Below are positions 49,720 to 62,542 of a DNA stretch of 64,000 bases, piece after piece. Under the pieces are notes generated by a model, which saw only the letters and a list, made by a program, of their open reading frames with translations, was not told where the DNA came from and did not search any database. Made by a program: the position numbers and the translations under genes. The DNA is from Gekko japonicus (lineage: Eukaryota): positions 261,288-325,287 of the forward strand of contig NW_015163610.1 of NCBI RefSeq assembly GCF_001447785.1. Reading direction: 5' to 3'. The number at the start of each line of letters is the position of its first letter. The first letter of the stretch is position 1.

Positions 49720-50134
49720 TCTGGATGGGTACATAGCAGCTGATGAACTAAAATTCATCATGAATTTTGGCCGGTGTGTGGTTTGCAAAGCAATGTTCAC
49801 AAAATGAAGAGCTGCCACAAACTTCCAAGAATTTTGATGTATTTCGTGGTGTTTTTGAAGAGCCAAAAGCAGGGGTTTAAATGGTTTCTGCTCTTTACAA
49901 AAAACAGCTGGTTCCCCACTCAGCTGTTTGGTTTAAGTGGCTTAAATCTATTTAAACTACCACTTTCTGCTCCCCCGAATGTCACATGTGGGGAAAACCT
50001 GAAAGTGACTTCAGTCTATTCTAGGAACTGCAGGAAACAATGGTTTAAACTCAGAGTATCTGTTCATGGTTCGGTTTGTGGTTCAGCCACAAACCCCAAA
50101 CTGAACCGCAAAAATGCTGTTTGTGCCCATCCCT
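49720..50134. mobile_element. Degenerate hAT-type MITE
   Basis: Right end gtgcccatcccta with ggttcggtttgtggttc/gaacc subterminal repeats. The left end is eroded. Confidence 0.45.
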
Positions 50135-50602
50135 ATTCTGGACTGACACCAGCCCAGAAGGGGTGGGTGGGTGCTTCTTACAGTGGTGCTCAGCCCAGTT
50201 TCCTTCCCTACTGGGAAGAGGACAAGCTCTGTGGATCTTTCTTGGTCCTTTTCCTGAAGCATCCAGGAAGGGAGCTTTAGACAGTCCCACCCACAGCCAA
50301 GGCTCCCCCAGTGTTAAAAAATGATCTGCTCCAGGTGTCAAAGTATGCCATTGCCTTGCTATATACTTACAATGTTATAGGAAGTCATGGAACACAAATG
50401 CCACGTATGCCAGGTGATCCATCTCAGTCAGGATATATGTAGTGCTCTAATCTAATTTTCAAGGAGTTCCCTACATAAAGATTGCTACAGTGGACAGATC
50501 TCCAGCATGAATGGTGGTTACCAGTGCTGTGTTTAGTGGAAAGGACTGCAGCCTTCTTTCTCAACATTATTCTTATCCTCTTTCAAGGTATTTGGTAGAT
50601 CC

Positions 50603-50913
50603 TAGGGCTGGCAGGCATGGCTTGGGAAGAGTGGGGAGAGTGGGGACGTGGGGGACACTGGGGTGACATCACTTCTGGAGGAAACCTGGAAGTGATATCA
50701 ATCTCTAAGGACTCTGTGTTTAAACCACTGTTTCCTGCAGTTCCTAGAACAGACTGTAGTCACTTCCAGGTTTTCCCCAGATGTGACGTTATACCATCAG
50801 TGATGGTTATTTTTTAAAATACTTTTTTTCTTCGGCTGACCACAGGAGCAACAGCATAAAACAGAAGCCGGGGTGGGGAATTCTCTGCTCCTGACAATTA
50901 CCTAGGAACCCTA
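50603..50913. mobile_element. hAT-type MITE (family B-like)
   Basis: tagggctggca / ggaacccta, TSD gtagatcc/ttagatcc, and internal ggaagtga/tcacttcc repeats. Confidence 0.75.
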
Positions 50914-51704
50914 TTAGATCCTTTGGGAAAGTACCATCATAATCAGAAGTGAGATGTGTCATTGTTAATTACAAGGATTCTGGAAAAGCGAGTAGCCTCT
51001 TGATTGTAGAATTCTCTCCTGATGAAAATGAGTCAGATCCACCACTCAGAATTGTTTAGAAAATCTGTAAAAACCTTTGTTTTCACAGGCATTTGGACTT
51101 TTGCCTGTTTCAAGTTATGCTGCTAATCATTCTCCTTTTTGCTTTTAAATCATATTTTGTTTTGTTTTTAAATATTGCATAGTGCATTTTCAATGATGTG
51201 AGCTGGTTTGGGGACTCCATAAATCAGTCCACAAATTTATTCCATATTTGGTTCCAGCATGCTTCTAGAAATTGATAGATGGTGAAAAACAGTCTTAGCC
51301 ACCACTTCAAACTATAGATATAAGTACGCACATTAGTGTATACAGCATTACCCCAAGACTTTAGTTCTGTTACTACATGCAAGTTCATAAATGACTGCAT
51401 ATGTGAAAGCACCATCAGAGATCCACCACAGAAAGAGTTCACATACTTTTGAAGACATTTTTCAATGTAGGCAGTTTATACATTCTGCTTTAAGTAATCA
51501 AGTGATGAAAGATCTTTCAATGCATATGTACGTTTAAACTGACCTACTGTTATTTTCCAGCATTTTATCTCCAAAATATGTAAGATTATGGAAGCCTAAC
51601 CATGAGAGAGGGCATTGTTTACACCTGGTGGCTAGACACTATCCCTGCATGAACTTCATTGAAGCTATTCGTATTTCCCCTGTGGAAAACATCTTCTGTA
51701 ACTT

Positions 51705-51970
51705 AGAAGAAGAAGAAGAAGAGATTGGATTTATACCCCGCCCTTCACTTTGAGTCTCAGAGCGGCTTACAAACGCCTTTCCCTTCCCCACAACAGACAC
51801 CCTGTGAGGTGGGTGGGGCTGAGAGAGCTCTGACACAAACCGCTCTGTCAGGAACAGCTGTGCCAGAACTTGTGACTGACCCAAGGTCATATCAGCAGGT
51901 GCAAGTGGAGGAGTGGGGAAACCCGGTTCTCCCAGATTAGAGTCCGCGCACTTAACCACTACACCAAACT
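51705..51970 (-). mobile_element. Squam3-type SINE with (CTT)n tail
   Basis: (aga)n tail on the plus strand and a reverse tRNA head gcacttaaccactacaccaaac. Confidence 0.85.
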
Positions 51971-52327
51971 TACAGGAATCACAGAGATGGGTGAAATGGA
52001 TACTAGACATAGTGGATGTTCTTGGTTCCACAGGTCACTAGGCCTGCTTCAACCACTGGTATTTAGATTCAGCTTAGATTGCCTGCATCCAGGCCTCAAC
52101 ATAAGGGGTGGAAAACACTGATGCGGTGTTGGTCTATCAGCTTTAAAGCCAGTGTGGCATAAACATGTAGCCTTTTTAGCACAGAGTCCAGTTGTCCTAT
52201 CTTCAATATTTGACTCATAATAGCCAATACTGAGATGAAGGGGAAAGAAAAGTTCTTTTGTTCATGATTTGTCCTGAGAAAATGCCAGCAAGTAGTTCAG
52301 GATCCATCTTCTTGTAAAGAGGTCATA

Positions 52328-52682
52328 AAGGTAAAGGTAAAGGTTCCCTTGCTCGAAAGCCAGTCGAATCCGACTCTAGGGTTGCGGTGCTCATCTCCGT
52401 TTCAAAGCCGAAGAGCCAGCGCTGTCCGAAGACGTATCCGTGGTCATGTGGCCGGCATGACTAAACACCAAGGAGCACGGAACGCTGTTACCTTCCCACC
52501 GAAGTGGTCCCTATTTATCGACTTGCAATTTTTTGCTTTCTAACTGCTGGGTTGGCAGGAGCTGGAACTAGAGACAGGAGCTCACCCCGTCTTGCGGCAC
52601 CCGGGTCTTGAACTGCTGAACTACTGACCTTCCACAGCCTGCAGTTCCGCGTCTTAACCACTTGAGCCACCGCAGCTCCTTT
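52328..52682 (-). mobile_element. Full-length Sauria SINE
   Basis: aaggtaaaggtaaagg tail, full tRNA-related head, and 13-bp TSD taaagaggtcata (52315-52327 and 52683-52695). Confidence 0.92.
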
Positions 52683-55493
52683 TAAAGAGGTCATAGTTCA
52701 CACCAAAGTTGCATTTCTACCAGATCAAAGAAGCACCACTGACTATATCCACAGAAGCTTGGGGGTGTGGGGGGGAACACATGAGACTTTAGCTCAGGGA
52801 ATTTATACTTTAGTATGTAAGATATAATTAATTTCTCTAGAAGACAAATGTTTACCCTTGGCTCCAAGAATGAAGGCACTAGAAACAAGGAACCTGCTTA
52901 TCTGATAGATATGTCCACAATTCCCATGAGAGTACATTTGAAGAGACAATAATTAGACAAAGGGATGTTGAATAGGGTGTAATACAAAGCAAATAACTGA
53001 ACTGCATTGTTGAACACAGGACTTATCATTCCACTTGGAGGTGGAGAACAATGTTTGCAATGTGTAAATACTTATTAGTTTATAATGCTTCTGTAGAAGT
53101 GCATTTGTGAGAGAGAATGAAGTGTTTTTAAAAACCTGAGCATTTTTCTTAAAGAAAAAAAATCTGACCCTGGGGGCAACAGCACACAGAGTAGCTTCAG
53201 TAACAAGCGATTGTTGATTGATTTCATGTGTTGCTGATGTCAGCCAATTAGACGGAATTTCATTTTTCATCTATTTATTTCCCCTTCTACAATTTGAAGA
53301 ACATATTTAAAAATCAGTCAATAAGCATCCACTAAACACCGCTTTACTTTTGCTTTTAAAATGTATTTGCAACAGTCTGCATAAAAAGGAAATGTGCTTT
53401 AATGTGCCCAAGAACAGCATATCATGGTTCCACAGCAGAGTGTTTCCCACAGTGGTGACAGGTTGCAACAAAATGTTTCTGCTTAAAATGCAACCTGCCA
53501 ACTCTTGTTGCGGCAGGGGAGTTCAGTGTGATCTGATGGGGCTGGCTGCAAGGAGATGTCACGCTGCCATCTTATCTAAAAGACCATACCAGCGTGCAAT
53601 CTGATGGGCTATGCTGGAAGGATATTTGTCATCATAAAGTAACCTGATGGAACAGCTTGTGGCATGGCTTAAATCTATTTTAGTTTGTTAATGAATGCCA
53701 GTTTATTATGAAAGAAAGCGTTGCGGGTGAAGAGTAGCAAGCATGATTGTGCCACACAATAGCAAGAATGTACAAGACTCTTATCACATGGCCAGATTTT
53801 CTTACACCGTAGAGGGATGCTGGAATGAAAAAAGAGTTCAGCACACTGGATCAGGACTATGAAACACAAAATAGCCCAGGACAAAAGAAGAGCATGGAGC
53901 TAATGCAGGCTTGCTTCAGAATCCCCATTGCTAAGTAAACTTTTGTGCCCACCCAAGTTTGTTCTCCCTTCTGTTATTTTCTCCCTGTTGTTGATGCGGT
54001 GGTGGTGGACAGAAGGCCACTACCCTGGACTTCTCCAAATGTAAACCAGTTACACAATGGTGGCCAAGGGAGGTTGTTTTGCTATTTGGCATCTTCTCCG
54101 TGCCCTCCACTGCCTCTTGCCCAATCTCATGATAAGATGCCTGCCTGCCTGCTTGTTTTTCTTCCATTCTTCTGCCCTCCTTGGGATGCAGCCCAAATCC
54201 AGTTATTTACTGGCTTTGAGCCCCAATTATTTACTGGACCCTATGAATGCATCATTCTTCCTGTCTGTAGCAACACTGGGCATGGGGAAACTGGGAGGTA
54301 TAGCTTTACTGTGAAACTCTTGAACCCCCCAGCCCACATCCATGTTTTTTTGGCTGGGGTTTTCTTTAGAAAACATGTAGTGGGTCAGCCTTCTGCTGCG
54401 GAACCTTTTGGCAAGGTGGTCTGTACCAAGAAATTCCCAGGGGTTCTTTGTAACCTCTCTCTATGATTGCTGTACTCAAGCTGTGTTGGCATCAAACAGG
54501 CACAGCCCACCTCTAGGTCCCACATCCTCAACCCGGTGGGGAACTTGCACCATTCTACCATGCAATTGTATACACCATATAATAATGCTGCCCGTGGGGA
54601 GTCTTTGCTTTACTTGCACGAAACTGTAATTGTGATTTGCAGGAAGTCGCTTGATATGCCACGCTTTGATCTTTTTTTACCCCTTCCCAGTTTCAATTAC
54701 TAAAGGAGAAATCTGATTCTAAAATCACTTTGAAAACGTTTGCTTTGTAGGTTAATTTTTTTTTATTTTTCCCCCTTTGTTATAATTTCTAGAGTTAAAA
54801 AGACAGCCAAATGCAGCACAACCAACTGCTGTGACAAAATACATGGAACAAAAAAGGGAGCTGATTATTATACGCCACATTTTATATAGACAATGAAACA
54901 AAGTGAGGGGAGATACATGACATATGACTAGCTTGGTTTTGTCCCTTTAGGCATCATAGCCATCGAACAGTGGTGGTGAGGAAAGACCCTTACTTCCTGG
55001 GCCCAGGACCCCCTTCCTCAGAGGGTTTATGAGGCTGTGGCTGTTGTGATGTTGCTGCTACTCTTTACAAGGAGCTGTGCATTTACTGGTGAAACTCAGT
55101 AACAGCTATGGAAACCAGGGCAATTCTCTCTCTCCCCCCCCATTGGATGCTATGCCCCCTTCAGCTTGGACCAGCAAACCCAGTCCATTTTCACACTGTT
55201 TTCCTGCTGCACCACAGCTTGCTCCCCTGTGCTGCTTTCAGAACTCCCTGCAAGCAATGTGCTCCCTGCATCACCTGTTCCACTTCCAGCTTCCTTATGT
55301 GCTTTCACCACCCATGCAGAGTTATTCAGTGGCTGTGTCTGCTTCTCCTTCTAAACCCTTTGTTCCATTGTCCACTTTCTTTTTGCTGTCCTGGAATGGT
55401 GGATGTGCTTCCCCTGAGTATTTCCTCCAAATTCCCAGCTCCTTCTGGCCAACCTTCTTCAACTGGTTTTCTGGAGCTCACAGGTCCTTTAGT

Positions 55494-55885
55494 TAGGGAT
55501 GCCAGACCCCCTAGTGGGGGAGGGGGGTCTCCCACTTTCAGCCCTCACCTCACCACTGCTGGCCAGCTGGCCAGTGGGGGAATTACCCCCCCCCCCAAAG
55601 GGAGGAATGCTGGAAATTAATGTGATGTGCACACATGACCTGGAAGTGACATAAGTACATCAGGTACCTTGTGGAGGGAGGACACTCTGATTTGGGGGCA
55701 AAACTCTATGGTAGAAGCTAATTCTACCATAGAGTTTTGCCCAAAAACCAGAGTATCCCTCTGATGTGCCTACATCACTTTCGAGTCATGTAGGCACAGC
55801 ACTTTAATTTCCAGCATTCCTCCCTGCTCCTGGTAAGTGTACCCCCCATCCCCCGCGGACTGCTCTGAGAAACCTGGCAACCCTA
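55494..55885. mobile_element. hAT-type MITE, family B, with a central hairpin
   Basis: tagggatgccag / ctggcaacccta and a central 21-bp perfect stem at 55696-55742. Confidence 0.8.
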
Positions 55886-57354
55886 CTTCTGGTTATGGCT
55901 TTCTGGTCTTCTACTCATGCAGGAAGGAGTCTCTCATGAAGGCTTTGTCTCATACCAGTCCTTGCACAGTTTTCAAACTGTGCTCCAGGGAACTCTGGCA
56001 TTCTTCACAAGCTTCTCAGGGAGTCACTCACTGAAAAGATCAGTAATGACAGACTTCCCTGAAAAGCAGTGTGCCTGACACTATTCATCTTCCCTTGCAA
56101 AGGAGAGGATCCGCAAGATAATGTTGCATATGCTCCAGGACACAGTCATTTATTTCCTTTCTATCCTAAACAGAGGTATTTCCTTTTAAGCCCATTGCCT
56201 TCAATGCAGTTAGAAGGTGGGTAACTGTTTAGGGTTGCACTGTTGAAGTGGCAATATAGCCCAGCATGTTTGTGCACCCTGAACTACAATAATCCTCAAA
56301 ATCCTCCATAGCATTTAGGAGTTAGCAGAACTGCAGAGGTTCCTTAGGTAGACAAGTCAGCGTGGATCTCAAGACAGAAAATTTGAAAACCATTCTTTGT
56401 CTCCAGTACCCATTTCTGTATGAATGGGGGGGGGGGGGGGATGTTCCATATCTTGAGAATATTCTACTCTCCTCCCTCAAGCTTATTCGTGCAACCCAAT
56501 TCAAAACCGAGTTAAACCAGGAAGCTCAGATTTAAACCAGTGTAATCCTATAGACTTCAGTGAAACTAACACATTTTAAATCCAAATACTCTGTCTTAAT
56601 TGGTTTGTGGGGCGAGGCTGTAAGAATTCGTAACCAAATGGTTTTTTTATTTAGTTCTTGGAGAGCAAACTCAAAATGCAAATTATATTTCACAACTAAG
56701 AATTGCTTCCAGAGCTGCCTGTGTGTACTAAATCCCCACAATCTCATATGGCTTTATCATATGTGCAGCAGATGATAAATGAGAGGGGATTTTTTTTTTT
56801 ATTGCTAAGCAGAGACAGTTTGCTTTCCAATCCTCTTCACAAAGAACATGACTGGAAATATTCAGGTACTTCTGTGCCTGACATTTGCACACTGGACAGG
56901 TCTATTACAGTCTGGTGTCCATGTTAAATATTAGAAAGGCCATCCATTCTTTATGCTGTTCCTGGAAGACCATGGTAAGAAATGACAACTGATAAGTTGT
57001 ATATGAATAGGACGGGAATAGCATTAATGCAGGAAAAGTCATTTATAATATGTTAAAAACTGAGAAAATGTTTTTACTTCTTCTGCAAACTTACTTACAC
57101 ACACCCACAAACACACCCATATATATGGTGCTCCTGCAGCTATACACATATGTGGATCTCAGCAGTTAAACATCAGCTATACAGCCACAAATATTTTCTT
57201 GCTATCCTATCTTTAAATATACTGAAAGACAAGCACATTTCTTCTGTGCAACATCTTTATTAATATTCAAAGCCCTTAATAAAGGAAGCCAAGGCCCTCA
57301 GTTTGCAGGACCTAAGCATGTTAATGATAAGATGTTTTGGAGGACATTAATTTA

Positions 57355-57703
57355 TAGGGTTGCCAGGTGTACTCACCTGGCCTGTATGGGGCTCCCAGAA
57401 GTGCCACCCCCCCCCCCCGCTGTGATGCCATCACCCGGAAGTGACGTCATCACATTGGGGACATCAGGGTGACACTGCTTTTGGGGCAAAACTCTATGGT
57501 AAGTTTGACCTAAAACCCATAGAGTTTTGCCCAAAAAGCAGAGCATCACACCCCTGGCTCCCCAATGTGATGACATCACCCAGAAGTGACATCATCACCT
57601 CTGAGATGCACTTCCAGTCGGGGAGCGTGCATTTGCAGGCAGGGGAGAAGAAACCCACCAAATCGGGGGATCCCCTGCCCCTATCGGTGGGCTGGGATCC
57701 CTA
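57355..57703. mobile_element. hAT-type MITE, family B
   Basis: tagggttgccag / ctgggatcccta, degenerate TSD ttaattta/ttgattca, and a central palindrome. Confidence 0.8.
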
Positions 57704-58170
57704 TTGATTCAAAGGGTTGCCATAAATTGGAAGCAATGTGATGGTACTTAACACACAGAAAACTAGTGAGACATGATACTGTACTTGGAAAGGTGTTTTG
57801 TTTTTGTTTTTTTGAAGACGGCTTATTTTAAAGTATATCTTGAAATCCATTTGGTATATATTGCTAAAAACAAAATGAAAATGAAACACACAGATTAAAA
57901 AGACACGCCAGCCATGGGGCATAACTCAACTTCTACAGAAAAATTATTGGTTTTGATATTGGGGAGCTTCTTTGTCCCACCCTTTTTAACATAAGTGGGA
58001 TAAAAAAAGGTTCCTTTCATTTTTGCAAAAGAAAACTGATCCACAGAAACATTGACATGAAGTGTTATAATTGTCTGCAAGTTGATGCACATGTGGGCTT
58101 CATTGGAAGAAACTGGTGAGGCATGGTTATGTGCTTGGGATAGAAAAATCTGACAAATACCAAAAACGTA

Positions 58171-58349
58171 TGTGTGTGAAGTGCTGTCAAGTCACGGCTG
58201 ACTTATAGCACCCCAACAAGGGGCTTTCAAGGCAAGTAAGAAGCAGAGGTAATTTGTCTGCCCTGCAGAGCCTGTCCTGGTGGTCTACCATCCAAGTACC
58301 GAGTCTGCTTAGCTTCTGAGATCTGGCTACACCATGCCATCTTACCTCC
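58171..58349 (-). mobile_element. 5S rRNA-derived SINE with an RTE-type tail (5S-Sauria-like)
   Basis: The minus strand gatctcagaagctaagcagactcggtacttggatggtagaccacc matches the 5S internal promoter region. The 3' end is gacttgacagcac plus (CA)n. Confidence 0.75.
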
Positions 58350-59904
58350 ATCGAAATTGCTAGTGCTTAATAAAGATGGAGGGTTCCAATCAGGCTTTGG
58401 ATGTTATGAGGTATGTTGATTTCTGCCTTCCCAAATATAGATTTTGTGTGTGTGCGACATTAGAAATTTGGCTTGCAGTAGTAAATAAATAGTAAATAAT
58501 AAATAATGCAGTAAAGAATATGGTGAACTCCTGCAGCCCCATAGTTTATCTGAATATGCTAAGGGTATGCACATATTGTCAGATCAATAACTTTAAACTG
58601 GACAGGGCTGTTTATCTCATAAAGGCTATGGCTAAGAGAGACCCCAAGCACCTCATTTATCAATAGAGTTTATAACCAATAAAGCTTTAAAAAAAATCTG
58701 GATTTGGTGTGAATTACAGGATTCCTGGTCAGCAACTACTTTACCAGCAGGCCCCTTTAAATGGGGCAATGACCGGGGGAACAGGTCCCAAACATCCATC
58801 CAGTGAAGCCTGATGAGAAGCTTGTACACCTTTATTTCTACTTGAGACTTATAAAATGTACAACACAAAAATGAATCTAACTGCATTGCAAACCTGTCTC
58901 TAAAACGCTCCCTTGAGCTAAAGTAAGCAGAACTGTTTATTTATATGGGTGCCAAAGAATATTACTGGAGGATATGGAACCAGTCTCTTTAAGAGACAGG
59001 CTTAGGTCCTGAGTGGAACTCCTTCCTCTTCACATGAATGGGTGTGTCTTCTGGGATATACTAGTTAGAACTGGGTTGTTGGCAGTTAGGACTCCAGCCA
59101 TTGTTAAGTCTAAGTGGTTCCTTGCTTTGCTGTTCTGCACATTAAAGAAGGTTTTGAAGACATCCTGCCTGCTGCATCTCTCTGGCCTTAGGGCAGGCTT
59201 TCTACCCACCTCCACAGTGAGTACATTCTACAGAAAAGACAAACACCACATTATCTTCAGCATCAGTTTTCTCCTGTTCTTCCCTGAAATCTTCCTGGGT
59301 ATTAATTACAGTAGATGTCTTACCAGGACTTTTGTCTTGGGTCTTTGGCCTGCACGCTTGTTTCTCTTTCACAGAAGGAGAGTAGACACTGTTACTCCTC
59401 CCTCTCTCAATTTTAGCAGAGTATCTGAAAAAAAATATTAGCAGTTACTAAGCTTTCTCTTAACAGGTGTAGCTGAATTTTACCCCTTACTTGGAATGCA
59501 AGGTATAAGTTTTAATTTAGGGCTCTCCAGGAAAGCAATTATTTACTGAATTACTACATGTGCCAGTTGGATCATTTTAGAATCTTAGTGCAATCTGTGT
59601 TCTTGCACAGCTCTCATTCATTTCGATAAGGCATCGTCAGTAGAATTCCTGGGCACATTGTGCCCATATTCTATGTGGTGTTCTCTTAGAGCCAACATTC
59701 TGCATTTCTGCTGTAAAAGGGGAAAGTTATTGGGGTACATCCATCATCTAAGAAGCCTTCCTCCAGCCTTAGGAGTCCTGCTTCAATTTACATGACTGTT
59801 CCTCCAACAGAAGAAACTTCAGCCAAAAGGAAAGGTGGAGTAAAAATATTTTAATAAATAATGAATAAACCTTGCTCAGTGGAGTGGTATGATAGGGGTA
59901 GGAT

Positions 59905-61194
59905 CAGGGCCGTAGCTAAAGCCTTCCTAGTGGGGGGGCCCTGGGGAAAGTGGGGCGTGCGCACTGCACACACATCACCTGGAAGTGACGTAATGCCCTC
60001 CCCCCTTCTCGGCCCACACTCTCCCAGTGTCCCCTCTAAGCAAAGTGAGTGTGAGCTGGCTCACAGGTTTTTCAGCCTCCGGCTCACACATTTTTGTCTC
60101 CACTCAGAAAGGAGGGCTCCAGAGCCAACTCATTGATGCAGCGGTCAGATCGCCGGCTCACCACTTGAATGCCAGTCACCCGCAAAGTAGCATTCTTGCT
60201 CACAGAACCCCACAGCTTAGAGGGAGCAGCTGCACCTGTTGGGTTTTGAAGGCGCCGGAGCAGCCTTGGGAGGTGAAGGGGCGGCGGGGAAGGAGAGAGG
60301 AGGTGACTCGGAGCAAGCCAAGCCACGCCGCCGGGGAGAGAGTGGTGCTCCAACCCAGCCGAGCTGTCCTTCCAGGCCAGCTGAGTGGAGTGTCCCGCAT
60401 ATGCACGTGGAGGAGAGGGCAAGCAGCGGTGAGCCTTCTTCCTGGCCGAGCCTCCCGGCTCCCCTGCCCCGCCTGCCCGCTCGCCCCCGAGCACAGGTTA
60501 CCTCCCAGCCTGGCAAACTCCATGCGGCGCAGTGCCCGCGGGCTCTCCCTGCCGCCGTAGCCGTGTGCCGCGCCCCGGGGGAGCCAGCTTTGGAAGGCTG
60601 GGAAGAAGAGTGCCTCTCGCCACGGCTCCATGGCCCTTCTGGCCCGGCCCCATGGCCCGCATCTGACGCCAGAGAGGCGGCGGCCCAGGCCCCGCCCGGC
60701 TTCTCCCGCCCCCTCTTCCCCCAGCCGGCCCGGCCCGGCTTGGAAGGAAGGAAGGAAGTCCCGCTCAACAGGGGGCGCTGCTGCTGCAGCAAGCAGCGGC
60801 CCAGGAAGGAGGGCCTCGGGGGAGCGCCGCGGAACTTGGAGCCGGGCAAGAGCGGCGCAGCGTGTCCGGGGCGGCGGAGACCTCGGGGAGTTGGAGCGAA
60901 GGTTGCCAGCCTCCAGGCGGGGCCGGGAGACACACACACGTGTGCCGAGTGGCGGCGTGCTGCGTGGGGGGGCCTCACCTTCCGTGACGGAAAGGAGCGA
61001 AGCCTCGCAGAAGGGAAGGGGAGGAGCCGGTCAGGCTCCGGCCAGTCGGAGCTGCTGGACACCCCAGCAGCCTGCGGGATGCTGGAGGCGGCGGCGGCAG
61101 CGATGGGCGGGGGGAGCAGAGGCTCAGGAGGGAGGGCCCCCGCAAAACCAGCGGGAAGGGGGGCCCCGTGGGCCCCACGCAGGCTACGAGCCTG
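59905..61194. mobile_element. 1.29-kb hAT-type non-autonomous element with CpG-island-like cargo
   Basis: Imperfect TIR cagggccgtagc / gctacgagcctg and 8-bp TSD ggtaggat/agtaggat. The GC/CpG-rich interior ends sharply at the TIRs. Confidence 0.8.
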
Positions 61195-61487
61195 AGTAGG
61201 ATCCATCTCATTATTCTATTGCTGAATTTGATATTATTGCAGCCAATGCAATGAGCTACAACTCCCAGCTGACTCCCCTCCCCCTCCATTTTGTATTACA
61301 TTTCTCTTAATATTAGTGCCTTGTTAACTTGGCTAGTCTGTAATATACCTGAACCAGCATTTATATGAATCTACAAAACTTGGTCTAGTTCTTCACTAGC
61401 TTCTCATTTATTCCTTCCCCTTAGCTGTGGTGACAGCAGATAGGCATATGTCAAGGAGCGTTGAGGCAGGTTGTATAGCAACTGCAC

Positions 61488-61823
61488 TAGGCTTGCCAAG
61501 TCCCCGCTGGGGGTGGGTAAATTCTCTCCCGGGAGGCCCGTTACCCGCTGCCGGTGGATTGGGCCCTGGGGGGAACTTCACCCCCTGCCGGAGGGCATCC
61601 CCAGCGTGATGATGTCATCCGGAGGTGACATCATCATGCTGGCCCCGTTGTGGGGGGCAACTCTGTGAATCGAGGGAAAACTCTATGGTTTTCCCTCGAG
61701 TCACGGTTCCCCACCCCCAACGTGGGCAACGCAATGACATCGCTTCCAGTGATGTCGTCGTGGTGACTCCCGACAGCACTAGGAATCCCCCCGCTTTGAA
61801 GGTAAGTTGACTTGGCAACCCTG
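61488..61823. mobile_element. Young hAT-type MITE, family B
   Basis: taggcttgccaagtc / gacttggcaaccctg and a perfect 8-bp TSD AACTGCAC. Confidence 0.9.
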
Positions 61824-61836
61824 AACTGCACCCATT

Positions 61837-62542
61837 GGGCGCGTTCAGTCGGGCCATTTGAGCCAGTATATGTGCTGGTTAGAAACGGACTATTTACGCG
61901 CAATCACACAGCCAACATCTGCCTCCCGTCCCCAACCGTCCCAACCCCCCTTTAAATGGGAGTATTTTGCTACCAGGTCCCTAAGTGGTGTTTTCCTGCT
62001 GGTCCGGTTCTAGCCGCAATTTCCCCCTGTGTGATCGCTCCTCTGCTGGTGTAGAGCCACTTCCTGTTCCCCGCTCGAAAGCTGCCCGAGGCGTCCACTT
62101 TTCACTCACCATTTTTTTTTTAATTTCTAAGCGTCGATGATATGCGCTTGGGCAGAGCTTCGCCCCGGCATTAATAAAACCAAAGTTTAAACAGTGCCTA
62201 GTTTTGCTGTATAGATGAGTTCAGGATCCCAGGGAGGCCAGTTTCGGGGTAAAAGTGTAAAGGGATGTGTTCCTTTAACGTTTAAAGGGAAGCATCACGA
62301 CAGTTGGGTTGAAGGGGAAATAGCTGTTCTGCGCACGCACAAAAATTTCAATACTAAAGGTGGCTGCCTGTGTGCATGCCCAAACTGAGAGGGAAAAAAC
62401 CTGTGTGGACGGCAGGGAGCGATGTGGCTGCACAGCGATCTGGAACAAGGAGGTGAGTGTGATCGCGATTCTTCCAGGTTAAAAAAAGCACATCGGACCA
62501 GAGCAATTTCCACTGCTCCCAGCACGCCGTCTGACCGCACCC
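61837..62542. mobile_element. PIF/Harbinger-type non-autonomous element
   Basis: TIRs gggcgcgttcagtcgg / ccgtctgaccgcaccc with att/tta flanks. Confidence 0.65.

Noticed and set aside
58270-58325. 5S rRNA similarity
   Set aside because: Partial, diverged and fused to an RTE-type tail, so it is a SINE rather than a 5S gene.
60084-61289. Several long overlapping ORFs (245-329 aa) on both strands
   Set aside because: They are Ala/Gly/Pro/Arg-rich products of very high GC content inside a TIR-bounded element, with no recognisable domain.
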